The notes: a model not told the origin generated them from the sequence alone. Positions 20,426 to 30,819 are shown, counted from the stretch's first letter. The stretch is 64,000 nucleotides of DNA from an uncultured Acidobacteriota bacterium (GCA_963713825.1 CAVQNG010000003.1:553794-617793), one strand, 5' to 3'. Made by a program: numbers and translations.

Positions 20426-22834
20426 TTACGATCTCCTCATGGTGACCACGGTGGCCCCATCCCCTCCCTCGTTACCGCGCCCAGGTCTGGATCCCGACAC
20501 CGCCGGGTGGTCCCGAAGCGACTCGCGCACCGCCCGTCGCAGTCGGCCAGAGCCAAAACCATGAACGACTCGGACCTCGCGATGAGGGCTCAGCAGCGCA
20601 CGATCCAGATAGCTGTCCAACTCATCGAGGGCCGGCTCCACACGCCACCCAATGAGGTTCAGCTCCTTGTCCAGCTCGGCCTCGTCTTCAGCCTCGCGTT
20701 GTAGTCGCACGGCCGGCTTCGAATCGGCGGGACTCACATCAGAGCTGCCGGCCGGCGCCAGATCCTCCAGCTCACAGCGAAATCGCTTGCCCCGCACCAG
20801 AACCTGGGCTCTAGTATCCCGAATCTCCTGCAGGGTTCCTACCCAACCGAGGCTCGAGTGCCTCACCTCGTCTCCGACTTCGATCGACCCTGCCGTGAAT
20901 TCTTCCGCCAGCTCGACCCTCGGCGCTGCTTGAAAAAGGCGCTCCACCGCGGCCTCCGGCACTCTCTTCTTTCTGCCGGCCTCGAGCTGCTGCCGCATGG
21001 TCTCGAACTCGGCCTGGAGCTGCCCTCTCACTTTGCGCCGAAAGGAATCCAACTCCTCCTTGAGCTTGGTGCCCAGCTGGCGGCGCTCGTCTTCGAGGGC
21101 CTCCCGCTGTTCCGACAAGGTCTCCAGCTCGTCCTCGAGAGCGAGTCTGGTGCGCTCCTGGAGAGTCTGTTCGTCCGCCAACTGCCGACGCACGACCTCG
21201 ACCTCTTGAAGGAGCCGCTGCAAGTTGCGGTGCTCTGGGCCCAGGAGCTCTTCGGCCCGTTCGAGGAGACTGTCGGGCAGCCCCAGCCTGCCGGCCAGGG
21301 CCAAGGCTTCGCTACTGCCTGGAGCGCCGGGACGCAAACGATAGGTCGGTCGCCCGGTCTCTGAATCGAACTCCATAGCGGCGCAGGAGGCACCTGGACG
21401 CTCCAATGCCATGGCGGCCAATTGCGACAGGTGCGTCGTCAAGACCGCCAGAGGCTCTTTCTCCAGAAGCTCCTCGACCAGAGCAACGGCAAGGGCGGCG
21501 CCCTCGTCCGGGTCGGTTCCCGAGCCCAACTCGTCGAGCAGGATCAGGCTGTCGGGGCCGGCCAACTCCCAGGCCTCTTTCAATCGCAGCAACCGACCAC
21601 TGAAGGTCGAGCGATCAGCCAGCAGGTCCTGCTCATCGCCAACCGTGGCCACGACAGAAGAGAAGAAAGGAAACCGGGTACCGCTGTCTGCGGGAACCGG
21701 CAATCCACACTGATGGGCCAAGGCCAGCAGCCCGACTGTCTTCAGAGCCACGGTCTTGCCGCCAGCGTTGGGACCGGTAATGACCAACAGGCGGCGCTGC
21801 TCGTCGAGCTCGACATCCAGTGGCACAACAGGCTCGACATGGCCCGATTGCCCCAGAGCCAACTGCCTCAGCTCCGCCAAGGCTGGGTCGAGAAGCGGAT
21901 GCCTGGCGCCGATCAGCCGCAGCGAGTGACCCTCGGAGATCTCGGCCAAACGGCCCGAGCACAGGTCGGCAAAACGATCCATGCTCTGCAGCAGATCGAG
22001 CTCAGCCACGAACTCTACCGTCGCCTCCAGATCGACCAGGGACTCCCGCACCTCCGCCAAGAGCTCGATGAAAATCCTGCGGCGTTCAGCCTCCTCTTCC
22101 TCCAGGGTCTCCTGCAAGCCGTTGTTGGCTTCCACGACACTCAGGGGCTCGAAGTAGAGGCTCTGACCGGTCCCTGATCGACCATGCACCAAGCCCTTGA
22201 TACGACCGCGGGATCCGGCGTGGAGCAAGAGCATCAGCCGTCCCTCTTTCAGGGAGACGGTCTTCTCACTCAAATGCTCCTCGTGCTGGGAGACGGTTTC
22301 CTGCAGATTCTTGTAGAGGTCGTCCCTGATGCGGCGTGACCGCCGACGCAGAGCCGACAATTCCGGGCTGGCATCGTCTCGCACTACGCCTCGCTGGTTC
22401 AGTGTTTTGCTGATCCTGCGGCGCAGTGGTTCGAGATCCGGCAGGCTCGCCCTCAAGTCCTCCAGGGCGGGGCACTCCGACGCGCTGACCGCGATCCGAT
22501 GCCGCGCCTCGTGCGTCATCTTGAGCACCTGGGCCAGTTGCACCAGTTCTCGCCCCGTGACGGCGGCATCACCCTGTTCCAGATTCTCCAGCAGTGGCAG
22601 GATCGGCTCATCCTGGCTCTGCACCAGTCTGCCGTCATGCAGCAGCACTGCCACCTCCGACAGTCGCTGTCGATGGCCTTCCAGCTCCACTGACGACTCG
22701 ACCGGGCGTAGGGCTTCGGCGCGAAGGCGGCCCACATCTGTGACCGCCAACTCTGCCACCAGAGATAGGAGAACGGGCAACTCGAGGGCCGACTCGGAGA
22801 CTGCGGAGGTCACCCGCAATGGGCTCATTTCCAT
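20426..22834 (-). CDS. mutS2: Endonuclease MutS2
   Basis: The Walker A motif (GPNAGGKTVALK) sits within a MutS ATPase domain. The C-terminal Smr domain is present (VVHGFGSGRLRRAVRESL). Confidence 0.9.
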   Translation of the reverse strand: MEMSPLRVTSAVSESALELPVLLSLVAELAVTDVGRLRAEALRPVESSVELEGHRQRLSEVAVLLHDGRLVQSQDEPILPLLENLEQGDAAVTGRELVQLAQVLKMTHEARHRIAVSASECPALEDLRASLPDLEPLRRRISKTLNQRGVVRDDASPELSALRRRSRRIRDDLYKNLQETVSQHEEHLSEKTVSLKEGRLMLLLHAGSRGRIKGLVHGRSGTGQSLYFEPLSVVEANNGLQETLEEEEAERRRIFIELLAEVRESLVDLEATVEFVAELDLLQSMDRFADLCSGRLAEISEGHSLRLIGARHPLLDPALAELRQLALGQSGHVEPVVPLDVELDEQRRLLVITGPNAGGKTVALKTVGLLALAHQCGLPVPADSGTRFPFFSSVVATVGDEQDLLADRSTFSGRLLRLKEAWELAGPDSLILLDELGSGTDPDEGAALAVALVEELLEKEPLAVLTTHLSQLAAMALERPGASCAAMEFDSETGRPTYRLRPGAPGSSEALALAGRLGLPDSLLERAEELLGPEHRNLQRLLQEVEVVRRQLADEQTLQERTRLALEDELETLSEQREALEDERRQLGTKLKEELDSFRRKVRGQLQAEFETMRQQLEAGRKKRVPEAAVERLFQAAPRVELAEEFTAGSIEVGDEVRHSSLGWVGTLQEIRDTRAQVLVRGKRFRCELEDLAPAGSSDVSPADSKPAVRLQREAEDEAELDKELNLIGWRVEPALDELDSYLDRALLSPHREVRVVHGFGSGRLRRAVRESLRDHPAVSGSRPGRGNEGGDGATVVTMRRS

Positions 22835-22857
22835 TCACCCAAGTCTACTATCGAGCT

Positions 22858-22899
22858 TTCTACAAAAAGCAAAGAGAGCGGGGATCCCTCCCCGCTCTC
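22858..22899 (-). terminator. Intrinsic terminator or attenuator hairpin between rpsU and mutS2
   Basis: A perfect 10-bp stem, gagagcgggg-atccct-ccccgctctc, at 22874-22899. On the transcribed minus strand it is followed by TTTGCTTTTTGT. Confidence 0.6.
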
Positions 22900-22927
22900 T
22901 GGATCTTGCGAAGTTCGAAGAGCTTGC

Positions 22928-23137
22928 TCAGCTCAAACCGAGCCGACGCTCTTCCGACAGTTTGCGCATCATCTTCTTGCGCGCCTGGACTTCCTTGCGC
23001 TTGCGCTTGACCGAGGGCTTTTCGAAGTGTTGCCTCTTCTTGAGCTCAGTGAGAATTCCCGACTTCTCACACTTGCGCTTGAAGCGGCGCAATGCACCCT
23101 CGAAACTCTCGTCCTCTCGCACTGTAACCAACGGCAC
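22928..23137 (-). CDS. rpsU: 30S ribosomal protein S21
   Basis: 69 aa, [42 protein letters not shown]... Confidence 0.92.
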   Translation of the reverse strand: MPLVTVREDESFEGALRRFKRKCEKSGILTELKKRQHFEKPSVKRKRKEVQARKKMMRKLSEERRLGLS

Positions 23138-23282
23138 TATTCAATCACCTCACCTTCTCTGCGACTCAAATTCGGCGCGGCCGCCGCCGCGAGGCGGAAG
23201 TCTCGCTGATCCGGCAGTCCTTGTCAATCGACCCGGGTATTTCGTCTCTGCTGGCCCAGGGCCTCTTCAGGCCCGGAAGGCT

Positions 23283-24098
23283 CTACTCTTCGGCGGCCTG
23301 TCCCGGCTTAACCGCCTCGAACTTCACCTGATAGACCGTCATGACGCTGGTCTTCTTGTCAGGCTGAAACCAGACCGCTGCGGCCTCTCCCGTCTCGCTA
23401 GTCGGGTAGAACCAGGCAGTGACGCCCTTGTCTTCGTACTTCCGAACGTTGTGCAGGTTGGCCTGACCGAGCAGCTGACGAATGTCGGCTTCCGTCATTC
23501 CCTTCTTCACCTGCGAGAAGCGCTCCGCTGACATGTAGCGGTTGGTCTCTGCCTCTGCCAGGGCGGCCTGCAGATTGGCGTTGTCCGGATCGAACATCAG
23601 GGCGGTGTTGTAGATCTCGATCGCTCGCTTGTAGTCGCCACCCTTCACGATCCACTCTTGAGCGAGAACGATGTCCTCGTCACTCTTCATCGCCAGCAGC
23701 GCCAATTGCCTTTCGGACGGGGGCTCGCCTTCGATCATGGGATCGGCGTTCAGAAGGCCGACCAGCCGCCCTGTGTACTCTTCCGTCAGGGCCGCTACCT
23801 CGTCCTCCAACTCTGCCAGCCGAGCCACCGGATCTTCGACAGGCTCCATTGCCTCACCCTCGACCTCTTCCGCCGCTTCCTCTTCGGCCACTTCCTGCGT
23901 CGCCGCCAGGGCCACGGCCTCTTGCAGATCGGCAAGCTCCTGCCGCTTGGCGCTGAGCTCCTGCTGTGTCTCTTGCAACCAGGTCCATTCTGCCTCGTTT
24001 GCCAACTCCTGCTCTGAAGGACCGCCGCCGCCACAACCGGTGGCTACGAGTGCGAGCAGAACTGCGGCAATCAGCAGGCCGTTACGGGTCCCAAACAT
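23283..24098 (-). CDS. Lipoprotein with a coiled-coil/TPR region and a C-terminal SmpA/OmlA (BamE-like) domain
   Basis: A lipobox (LVATGC) follows the start at MFGTRN. The C-terminus KGMTEADIRQLLGQANLHNV resembles the BamE motif. Confidence 0.6.
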   Translation of the reverse strand: MFGTRNGLLIAAVLLALVATGCGGGGPSEQELANEAEWTWLQETQQELSAKRQELADLQEAVALAATQEVAEEEAAEEVEGEAMEPVEDPVARLAELEDEVAALTEEYTGRLVGLLNADPMIEGEPPSERQLALLAMKSDEDIVLAQEWIVKGGDYKRAIEIYNTALMFDPDNANLQAALAEAETNRYMSAERFSQVKKGMTEADIRQLLGQANLHNVRKYEDKGVTAWFYPTSETGEAAAVWFQPDKKTSVMTVYQVKFEAVKPGQAAEE

Positions 24099-24341
24099 GA
24101 TCCGTCCTCCTATCGAGTGCACTCGAGTGCACGGAATTCGAAGGTACCACAGGCCCCTGGCTCCCACAAGCTCGAAACAGCCTGAAGCAAGCCACGCGAC
24201 CACTGCGTTACGACTATCCTAAACCTCTCATCCTCAAGGAGTTTGGTGGTGTGTTACCTTGACACCGCCAACACGGCCAAGCATACAATAGGCGTCTACG
24301 AAAAAACCGTTTTCGACTTCGAAATTTGCTGGAGGATCCGC

Positions 24342-26192
24342 ATGTCTTCGCAGGAGTCTTTTGACGAACTCGAGCCCAAGATCATGGGCCTCGTAGAAGA
24401 GGCTATCCGAGAGGTCAAAGAGGAGTACCTGCGGCGCCTGCAGGACACTCGAAACGTGATCGATGAACTCCTCGGCGAGGCGGAGGAGGCCATGGAAGCG
24501 GGCGCCGTAGCTGAGGCCGATATCGCCGCTGTCGTCGCACCCGAGCCGGTCGAGCTTCCGGAACCCCCGAAACACTACCTGCCCGACCTGCATACAGCGG
24601 TGACCAATCTGGACCGTTGTCGGACCCAGGACGAGATTCTCTCGAGCCTGGTGGCGAGCGCCGGTTCCTTTGCGTCCCGTGCCGCCCTGTTCCTGACTCG
24701 CGAAGACGGGCTCCAAGGTTGGAGCAGTCACGGTTTTGCAGCGGGAGACGAGGCTTTCGAGTCTCTCATCCTCGAATACGACGAAGGTTCCCCTTGGGGT
24801 CGCCTTTCCGAAGGACGCGGGGTCATCGAACTCGATGCTGACGAATGCACGGAGCTCTGTAGCCGCATCGACAACAGTAGTCCTGTCAATGGCGCCCTCG
24901 TTCCAATCGTTCTCAGAGATCACCTTGCAGTGGCTCTCTACGCCGACCAGGACGAAGAGGACGACACGATCGGTCTCTTTGCACTGCAGCTGCTGGCCTA
25001 TGTAGCAGCCCAGGCGCTGGAGACTCTGCCACTTCGCGAGCGTTCTTCCACCGCGACCCTTCGACTCGCGACTGAAGCGCCGTACGGAGAGCCTGTCCTC
25101 TCCCTGTGGCAGTTCGTCGCTCCGCAGGCGGACGTCTCGATCGTGGAAGAGATCGAGGCGGCAGCGGAACCTGCCATCGAGGAAGAGGCCGAAGATCTCT
25201 ATGCCGCAGAACCGGTCGAGGAGGTCGAGGAAGCCTACGAAGAAGAAGTCGCTGAGGTCGTCGATTTCGACGCAGTCGAGGACGAGGTCGAGGTGACCGA
25301 AGAGGCGCCTGAGGAGACCGCAGAAGCTGTCGCCTTCGAAGAGGTCGAGGAAGCTTACGAGGAAGACGTCGAGGAGGCCGTCGACTTCGAAGAAGCCGCG
25401 GTGGCCGCAGAAGCACCGGAGGTGACCGCAGAGGCTGTCGCCTTCGAAGAGGTCGAGGAAGCTTACGAGGAAGAGGTCGCTGAGGAGGAGGCGGAAGCGG
25501 CTGAAGCCACTGACCTCGAAGAGGCGGAGGAGGCAGAAGCCGAGACGGCCGAGGAAGCGCTCGAAGAAGCGGTGGCCGAAGACGAAGCGGAATTGGCAGA
25601 GGCTGTCGACCTCGAAGAGGCGGAGCAAGCCTACGAAGAAGAGGTCGCTCGAGACGAGGTGGAGATTGCTACCGAAGCCGACCTACAGCCTGCCGAGGAC
25701 ACCGGATTCGAAGTCGAGCCGGCGGCCGAGCAGGAATGGGACACGCCCGCAGAGCACGAAGAAGTGCCTGCCATGGAAACCGCCAGCGATGAGATCGAGG
25801 CGCCACCCATGGAACCTGAGGTCGCAACCGAACCAGCCCCGGCAGTCGCCATCGACGGGGCTGAGATCAGTCCTCCCGAAGACGCTCAGGGACCGGGCTG
25901 GGCCTTCACCACCAACCGATTCAGCGCTGACAATGCCGGTGAGGCTGTGCATGAGGAAGCACGTCGACTGGCCCGCCTGCTAGTGACCGAGATCAAGCTC
26001 TACAACGAAGAGCAGGTGGAAGCTGGAAGGCGCAATCGCAACATCTACGAGGTCCTTCGCGAAGACATCGACCGGTCGCGTCAGATCTATGAAGAGAGAA
26101 TCGACGACACCGTCCGCACTGAAGCCGACTACTTCCACGACGAGTTGGTGAGGATTCTCGCTGCCGGCGAGTCGGAAATCCTGGGCCTGTGA
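24342..26192 (+). CDS. GAF-like domain protein with a long acidic tandem-repeat region and a conserved C-terminal domain; function unknown
   Basis: The start at MSSQESF is preceded by GGAGGA. A GAF-like region spans about aa 90-230. About 250 aa of E/A/V-rich repeats follow (AVAFEEVEEAYEEEVAE ...), with repeated DNA blocks near 25320 and 25430. The C-terminus reads EARRLARLLVTEIKLYNEEQVEAGRRNRNIYEVLREDIDRSRQIYEERIDD. Confidence 0.7.
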   Translation: MSSQESFDELEPKIMGLVEEAIREVKEEYLRRLQDTRNVIDELLGEAEEAMEAGAVAEADIAAVVAPEPVELPEPPKHYLPDLHTAVTNLDRCRTQDEILSSLVASAGSFASRAALFLTREDGLQGWSSHGFAAGDEAFESLILEYDEGSPWGRLSEGRGVIELDADECTELCSRIDNSSPVNGALVPIVLRDHLAVALYADQDEEDDTIGLFALQLLAYVAAQALETLPLRERSSTATLRLATEAPYGEPVLSLWQFVAPQADVSIVEEIEAAAEPAIEEEAEDLYAAEPVEEVEEAYEEEVAEVVDFDAVEDEVEVTEEAPEETAEAVAFEEVEEAYEEDVEEAVDFEEAAVAAEAPEVTAEAVAFEEVEEAYEEEVAEEEAEAAEATDLEEAEEAEAETAEEALEEAVAEDEAELAEAVDLEEAEQAYEEEVARDEVEIATEADLQPAEDTGFEVEPAAEQEWDTPAEHEEVPAMETASDEIEAPPMEPEVATEPAPAVAIDGAEISPPEDAQGPGWAFTTNRFSADNAGEAVHEEARRLARLLVTEIKLYNEEQVEAGRRNRNIYEVLREDIDRSRQIYEERIDDTVRTEADYFHDELVRILAAGESEILGL

Positions 26193-26289
26193 GGCGAGGG
26201 TCCGCCCCAGCAGCACGACCCTCGTCACTCTGCGCCTGTCTCGAACTTCACATTCTGCGCCCTGGGTGTAGGCGTACAATTCAGCTGAA

Positions 26290-28524
26290 GTGAAGCTCCG
26301 CGCTCAGCTGCGGTGGGTGCTTCTGCTCGCCGCCATCTCTGTTTCGGCCGCCCTGGTCCGGGAGTCCCCTCGCGCCTCCACCGGGACAATCAAGCCGACC
26401 CCTCCCAAGCGGCTGGAGCTTCGCATCGACCCCCTCTCTCCAGCTTATGAAGCAGCGGCGGAAGCGCATCGACAGCAAGACTTCAACGCTGCTAGTCAGA
26501 TCCTCTCGCCCCTCCTCGAGGGCCAATCTTCCACCAAGCTCGCCAGTCTCGTTCTCGGTTTCTATGCCTATACCAGCGATGAGATACAACTGGCGCGTCA
26601 GTACCTCGACACCGCCAGAGACCCTGATGGGATCTTCGAGGATTGGCGCCTTCTCGTCGTGGCGGACACGGCGCTGGCCAATGAAGACTGGTCTGTGGCG
26701 GATACGGCGCTCGAAACGCTACTGAGCCGGCATCCAGCCTCGCCCATCCGAGCTCACGCCGCCGTTCGGTGGGTCGAACTGGCTCGAGCGCAAGAGGAAT
26801 GGACAACCGCGCTCGAGCGCATCGAGCTTCTTCGTCGGCAAACCCTCCCTCCCAGCGCACTGCGAGAGATCGAGATCGCAGCCTGGGAGATCGGCGAGAC
26901 TGCCGGACAAACCAAGCTGCGTTCGAGCGCGGCGCGCCGACTTCTCGTCGCCTTTCCCATCGACGCCTCCAAGCTCGAAGTCATTGAAGTCTTCCGCTAT
27001 CCGAACGGCGACCTCCACTGGGAGGAGATCCTCTCCGACAACGAGCTCATGCAGCGGGCCAGGAACCTGCTGGCTGTCCGCTTGGAGGAGTCGGCGCTAG
27101 AGATGATCAACCAGGTCTCCGAGGAGGGTCGAACCGACGCCTGGACCCTGCTCCGAGCGGAAGCTCTCACCGCGAATCACCAGGGAGTCGAGGCGCTCTC
27201 CGCGCTCAAAGAGCTGAACCCGGCGGAGGCGGCATTCAAAGCCGAAGTCGCTTGGCAAAGGGCACTCGCCGCCCTGGATGGCGCCGCCGCCAGGCGCGGC
27301 AGAACCAACTTGCCCCAGTCGCAGCGGCAGCAGCTGCACAGTCTGGCTCTCGGCTACCTCGAGCTGGTCGTCGAGTTGGACCACGACCGCGACCAGGCCG
27401 TGGCGGCCCTCAACCGGATCTTCCGAGAGCTGGCGGATGAAGAAGAGAACTTCGACGAAACACTCCTGACCCTCCGGCGCCTGCGCCAGATGGTACCGAC
27501 CGACACCTCTGGTGCCAAGCATCTCTGGCAACTTGGTTGGAGAGACTTCGAAGACAGGAACTACAGCGGTGCCATCGGCCTGTGGGGCGAGCTTGCCGGC
27601 CTCTATCCGGAGAGCCGCTACTCTCGAAGCGGGCACTACTGGTCCGGCCGCTCCTATGAAGCTCTCGGGCAGGCTCAACGCGCCACCTCCATTTATCAGC
27701 AGATCACCGCTGCGGCCAGTACCGACTACTATCGGCAGCATGCTCTGGCCCGGCTGGAGAAGACCGGCTACGAGCCCGATCCAGCTCCTGCGCTGCCGAT
27801 CTCGGCCTGGCCCCAGGATCCGATCCTGGCCAGGGCCGGCTGGCTTCACGAACTCGGCCTCGACGACTTTGCACTCCTGGAGCTCGAAGGGCTGGAAGGC
27901 AAGGCCGAAAGACGAGCGCACTGTGGTCTCGAAGCCAAAGTCCTGGCTGGCCTGGGTCGCCGACGAGACAGCATCCAATCGCTCGCCTGCGCGTTTCCTG
28001 CCCTCGGTAAGTCCCACCAGTCGTCGGTACCCGAAGATGCTCTTCGGCTCTACTATCCGCTGGATTTCAGTGAGGTGATCACGCGGCGGGCACAAGAGCG
28101 GGATCTTGCTCCCCACCTGGTGTTCGCCATGATTCGACAGGAAAGCGCCTTCGACATGTCTGCCAGGAGCTGGGCGGGAGCCCGCGGTCTGATGCAAATG
28201 ATGCCGGCCACCGGCCGCGAGCTGGCTGGCCGCCTGGGCCTGAGTTACTCGAGTGACCGACTCTCCGACCCGGACTACAACATCCGCCTCGGGACCCTCT
28301 ACATCCGCCAGGTCCTGGATATGTTCGACGGCAACGTGGAGCTGGCACTGGCCGGATACAACGGCGGTCCATATCGCATCAAGCGCCTGTGGCGCCAGGC
28401 TGGCACCAACCCGGAGCTCGACCGCTTCGTGGAGGGTCTCTCACTCGAGGAAACCAAGACCTACGTCAAGCGAATCGTGCTGTTCAGCAACAGCTACCGA
28501 CATCTCTACCATCAGCCTGGTTGA
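26290..28524 (+). CDS. slt: Soluble lytic murein transglycosylase (Slt70-like)
   Basis: A signal peptide and a superhelical N-terminal domain are present. The SLT catalytic domain carries MIRQESAFDMSARSWAGARGLMQMM and AGYNGGPYRIKRLW. Confidence 0.85.
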   Translation: MKLRAQLRWVLLLAAISVSAALVRESPRASTGTIKPTPPKRLELRIDPLSPAYEAAAEAHRQQDFNAASQILSPLLEGQSSTKLASLVLGFYAYTSDEIQLARQYLDTARDPDGIFEDWRLLVVADTALANEDWSVADTALETLLSRHPASPIRAHAAVRWVELARAQEEWTTALERIELLRRQTLPPSALREIEIAAWEIGETAGQTKLRSSAARRLLVAFPIDASKLEVIEVFRYPNGDLHWEEILSDNELMQRARNLLAVRLEESALEMINQVSEEGRTDAWTLLRAEALTANHQGVEALSALKELNPAEAAFKAEVAWQRALAALDGAAARRGRTNLPQSQRQQLHSLALGYLELVVELDHDRDQAVAALNRIFRELADEEENFDETLLTLRRLRQMVPTDTSGAKHLWQLGWRDFEDRNYSGAIGLWGELAGLYPESRYSRSGHYWSGRSYEALGQAQRATSIYQQITAAASTDYYRQHALARLEKTGYEPDPAPALPISAWPQDPILARAGWLHELGLDDFALLELEGLEGKAERRAHCGLEAKVLAGLGRRRDSIQSLACAFPALGKSHQSSVPEDALRLYYPLDFSEVITRRAQERDLAPHLVFAMIRQESAFDMSARSWAGARGLMQMMPATGRELAGRLGLSYSSDRLSDPDYNIRLGTLYIRQVLDMFDGNVELALAGYNGGPYRIKRLWRQAGTNPELDRFVEGLSLEETKTYVKRIVLFSNSYRHLYHQPG

Positions 28525-28629
28525 GCCCTCCGTTCAGGCGAGATTCTCGCCTCCACAGCCCCTCCTACGACTCGGTTCTAGCCCCGGCAGGAGTGCTATA
28601 CTTTTCCTCCCCAGCTTCTGGGGAAATGG

Positions 28630-28702
28630 GGGTCCATAGCTCAGCGGTTAGAGCATCCGGCTCATAACCGGCAGGTCCCTGGTTCGAATCCAGGTGGGCC
28701 CA
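28630..28702 (+). tRNA. tRNA with a CAU anticodon (elongator Met or Ile2/lysidine; not an initiator)
   Basis: Acceptor GGGTCCA/TGGGCCC, D-arm GCTC-AGCGGTTA-GAGC, anticodon loop CTCATAA, T-loop TTCGAAT, discriminator A. The 3' CCA is not encoded. The paired G1:C72 argues against an initiator tRNA. Confidence 0.8.
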
Positions 28703-28811
28703 TGAAGTGTGGAAACCGAGGTTTCATTGCAGGGAGATCAACAGCTGACGCGGTGCCGTAGCGACCGCTTGCCCACCGCCAGACGATCTTCAATGCCATC
28801 AGGCATGCGCA

Positions 28812-28845
28812 GGGGGTGTCCTTCGGAGGGACACCCCTTTTCTTA
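28812..28845 (+). terminator. Rho-independent terminator downstream of the tRNA
   Basis: gggggtgtcc-ttcgga-gggacacccc followed by ttttctt. Confidence 0.7.
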
Positions 28846-28931
28846 TCTTCCACCCGAACGGCCCCGAAAGGTCTGCGCCGACTGGGCGGTGGAAGAGTCT
28901 CTTTTCGAATTCGTGGGGGAAACAAGGGTCC

Positions 28932-29666
28932 ATGGGTGACGAGCTCAAGATCATCGTCGAGCTGCAAGGTGCGATCGACGAACTGAAGGCGGCGGAAGAC
29001 CTCCTCGCCGGCATCCCGGACTGGATGCAGGAGTTGCACGAGGAGCACAGTCGGCAGCAGGCCGAAATGGACGGACTCCGGGCTGCACTGGAGGAGGCCG
29101 AGCAGGCCAAACGGCTAGCCGACACAGAGATCAGTGACCTGCAGACCAAGGTCAAGCATTTCCAAGAGCAGATCGGCATGGTCCGTAACCAGCGTGAGTA
29201 CGGTGCCCTGCTGCAGGAAATCGACACTGCCAAGGAACAGATCAGCGGCACTGAGGAGCGGGACCTGGCGGCTATGGAGCAGGGCGACGAAGCCCAACGG
29301 TTGCTGGACGAGCGCAAAGACGCATTTCAGGAGCTCGATGATCGCTACCAGCAGGAGCTCCAGAAATGGGAGGGGCAAAAGCCCGAGGTGGCCCGCAGAG
29401 CGGAAGAGCTCCGCCAGCAAGTGGCAGAGCTCGAGGGGAAGGTGCCGAAGGCAATCCTCGCCGTCTTCGAGCGCACTCGCCTGCGCTTTGGCGGCAACGC
29501 GATGGCCCTGGTCATGGAAGTGGAACGTAAGGGACCCCGCATCTGGCACTGCGGCGCCTGCAACTACCGTGTCCGCCCCCAGACCGTCGTCTCGATCCAG
29601 GCTGAGAACATCGAGACCTGTGACAGCTGCAGACGCATTCTCCACATCGAAGGTGATGTCGGTTGA
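28932..29666 (+). CDS. Coiled-coil protein with a C-terminal C4 zinc ribbon (COG1579/DUF164-like)
   Basis: A long coiled coil is followed by CGACNYRVRPQ ... CDSCRRIL. This family is often found next to rnhA. Confidence 0.7.
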   Translation: MGDELKIIVELQGAIDELKAAEDLLAGIPDWMQELHEEHSRQQAEMDGLRAALEEAEQAKRLADTEISDLQTKVKHFQEQIGMVRNQREYGALLQEIDTAKEQISGTEERDLAAMEQGDEAQRLLDERKDAFQELDDRYQQELQKWEGQKPEVARRAEELRQQVAELEGKVPKAILAVFERTRLRFGGNAMALVMEVERKGPRIWHCGACNYRVRPQTVVSIQAENIETCDSCRRILHIEGDVG

Positions 29667-30115
29667 CCTCTCCTGCAACGCCGAGTGGCCGTGCCTGGAT
29701 CGATGGCGCGTCCCGGGGGAATCCTGGCGACGCCGGATTCGGAGTCTTCCTCGAGACGGATCGAACGCCTGAGGAGATCGTTGGATATCTAGGCAAAGCC
29801 ACGAACAATGTGGCCGAGTATGCGGCGCTGATCGCCGTCCTCACACTGGCCGCTGATCGGGGGATGAAGAAGCTCGTCGTCTACAGCGATAGCCAACTTC
29901 TCGTGCGGCAGGTCAGCGGTGCCTATCGAGTCAAGGCACCTCACCTGGTGCCCATTTTTCTGCAGGCGCTGAAGCTTCGACAGACGATCCCCGATTTCAC
30001 CATCGAGCACGTGGCCCGCGAAGAAAACAAAGAGGCCGACCGCTTGGCCAATCAGGCGATCGATCAGCGAGCCGAGCTGCCTTCCTGGTTGGAGTTTGAA
30101 GTTCCGATCCAATGA
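29663..30115 (+). CDS. rnhA: Ribonuclease HI
   Basis: The type-1 RNase H core is present: WIDGASRGNPGDAGFGV ... NNVAEYAALI ... DSQLLVRQV. Confidence 0.85.
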   Translation: MTSPATPSGRAWIDGASRGNPGDAGFGVFLETDRTPEEIVGYLGKATNNVAEYAALIAVLTLAADRGMKKLVVYSDSQLLVRQVSGAYRVKAPHLVPIFLQALKLRQTIPDFTIEHVAREENKEADRLANQAIDQRAELPSWLEFEVPIQ

Positions 30116-30819
30116 CAACTGTACCCACCGTCGCCGACCGTGTCCGTGGCATTCGCCAGCGCATCGCTGCAGCCTGCGATCGCTGTGGCCGAGACCCCGC
30201 GGAAGTGACTCTGCTGGGCGCCAGCAAGAGCCAGCCTCTAGAACGCATGCAAGAGGCCTGGGCCGCGGGAGTCGAGGTCTTTGGAGAGAACCGGGTCCAG
30301 GAGGCCCTGGCCAAGATGCCCAGTCTCCCAGCCGGAATCGATTGGCATCTGATCGGACCGCTGCAGACCAACAAGGTCAAGAAAGTCGTGCCGCGATTCT
30401 CGACTGTCCACGCCATCGACCGGATCAAGCTGGCCCATGCCCTCGACAAGGAGGCCCAAAGGTCAGAGCGCACCATCGACGGTTTCCTCGAAGTGAATCT
30501 CGGTGGTGAAGAGACCAAGCACGGCTTTCAGCCCGACGATGTGGTGAACGCAGCCGAGCAACTCGCCGCCTTGCAGTCCGTGCGCCTGGTCGGTCTCATG
30601 GCAATTCCGCCAGTCGAGAGCGAAGAAGCGGCGATTCGCGGCTGGTTTCGACAATTGCGAAGTCTTCGCGACGCTCTGCGCCCAGGGCTCGGCTGGCAGG
30701 AATCGGACGGCTACCTCTCCATGGGCATGAGTCAGGACTTCGAGGTCGCCATCGAAGAAGGTGCGACCCATGTGAGAATCGGCACGGCCCTGTTCGGTCC
30801 TCGCGAGATGCGACCGTAG
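30112..30819 (+). CDS. yggS: YggS-family pyridoxal-phosphate homeostasis protein
   Basis: LLGASKSQP ... HLIGPLQTNKVK ... IGTALFG. Confidence 0.85.
   Translation: MTTVPTVADRVRGIRQRIAAACDRCGRDPAEVTLLGASKSQPLERMQEAWAAGVEVFGENRVQEALAKMPSLPAGIDWHLIGPLQTNKVKKVVPRFSTVHAIDRIKLAHALDKEAQRSERTIDGFLEVNLGGEETKHGFQPDDVVNAAEQLAALQSVRLVGLMAIPPVESEEAAIRGWFRQLRSLRDALRPGLGWQESDGYLSMGMSQDFEVAIEEGATHVRIGTALFGPREMRP

Noticed and set aside
22329-23531. 400-aa plus-strand ORF
   Set aside because: Antisense to mutS2, rpsU and the lipoprotein gene. Ser/Arg-rich.
24234-25628. 464-aa minus-strand ORF
   Set aside because: Antisense to the acidic-repeat gene. Its product is the F/L/R-rich mirror of the E/A repeats.
28630-28702. 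Initiator tRNA-fMet assignment
   Set aside because: Positions 1 and 72 are a Watson-Crick G:C pair. Bacterial initiators have a 1:72 mismatch.
28703-28811. Possible structured RNA or riboswitch between tRNA-Met and its terminator
   Set aside because: Only short generic hairpins (gaaaccgaggtttc). No match to a riboswitch consensus I know, and no downstream gene on that strand before the terminator.
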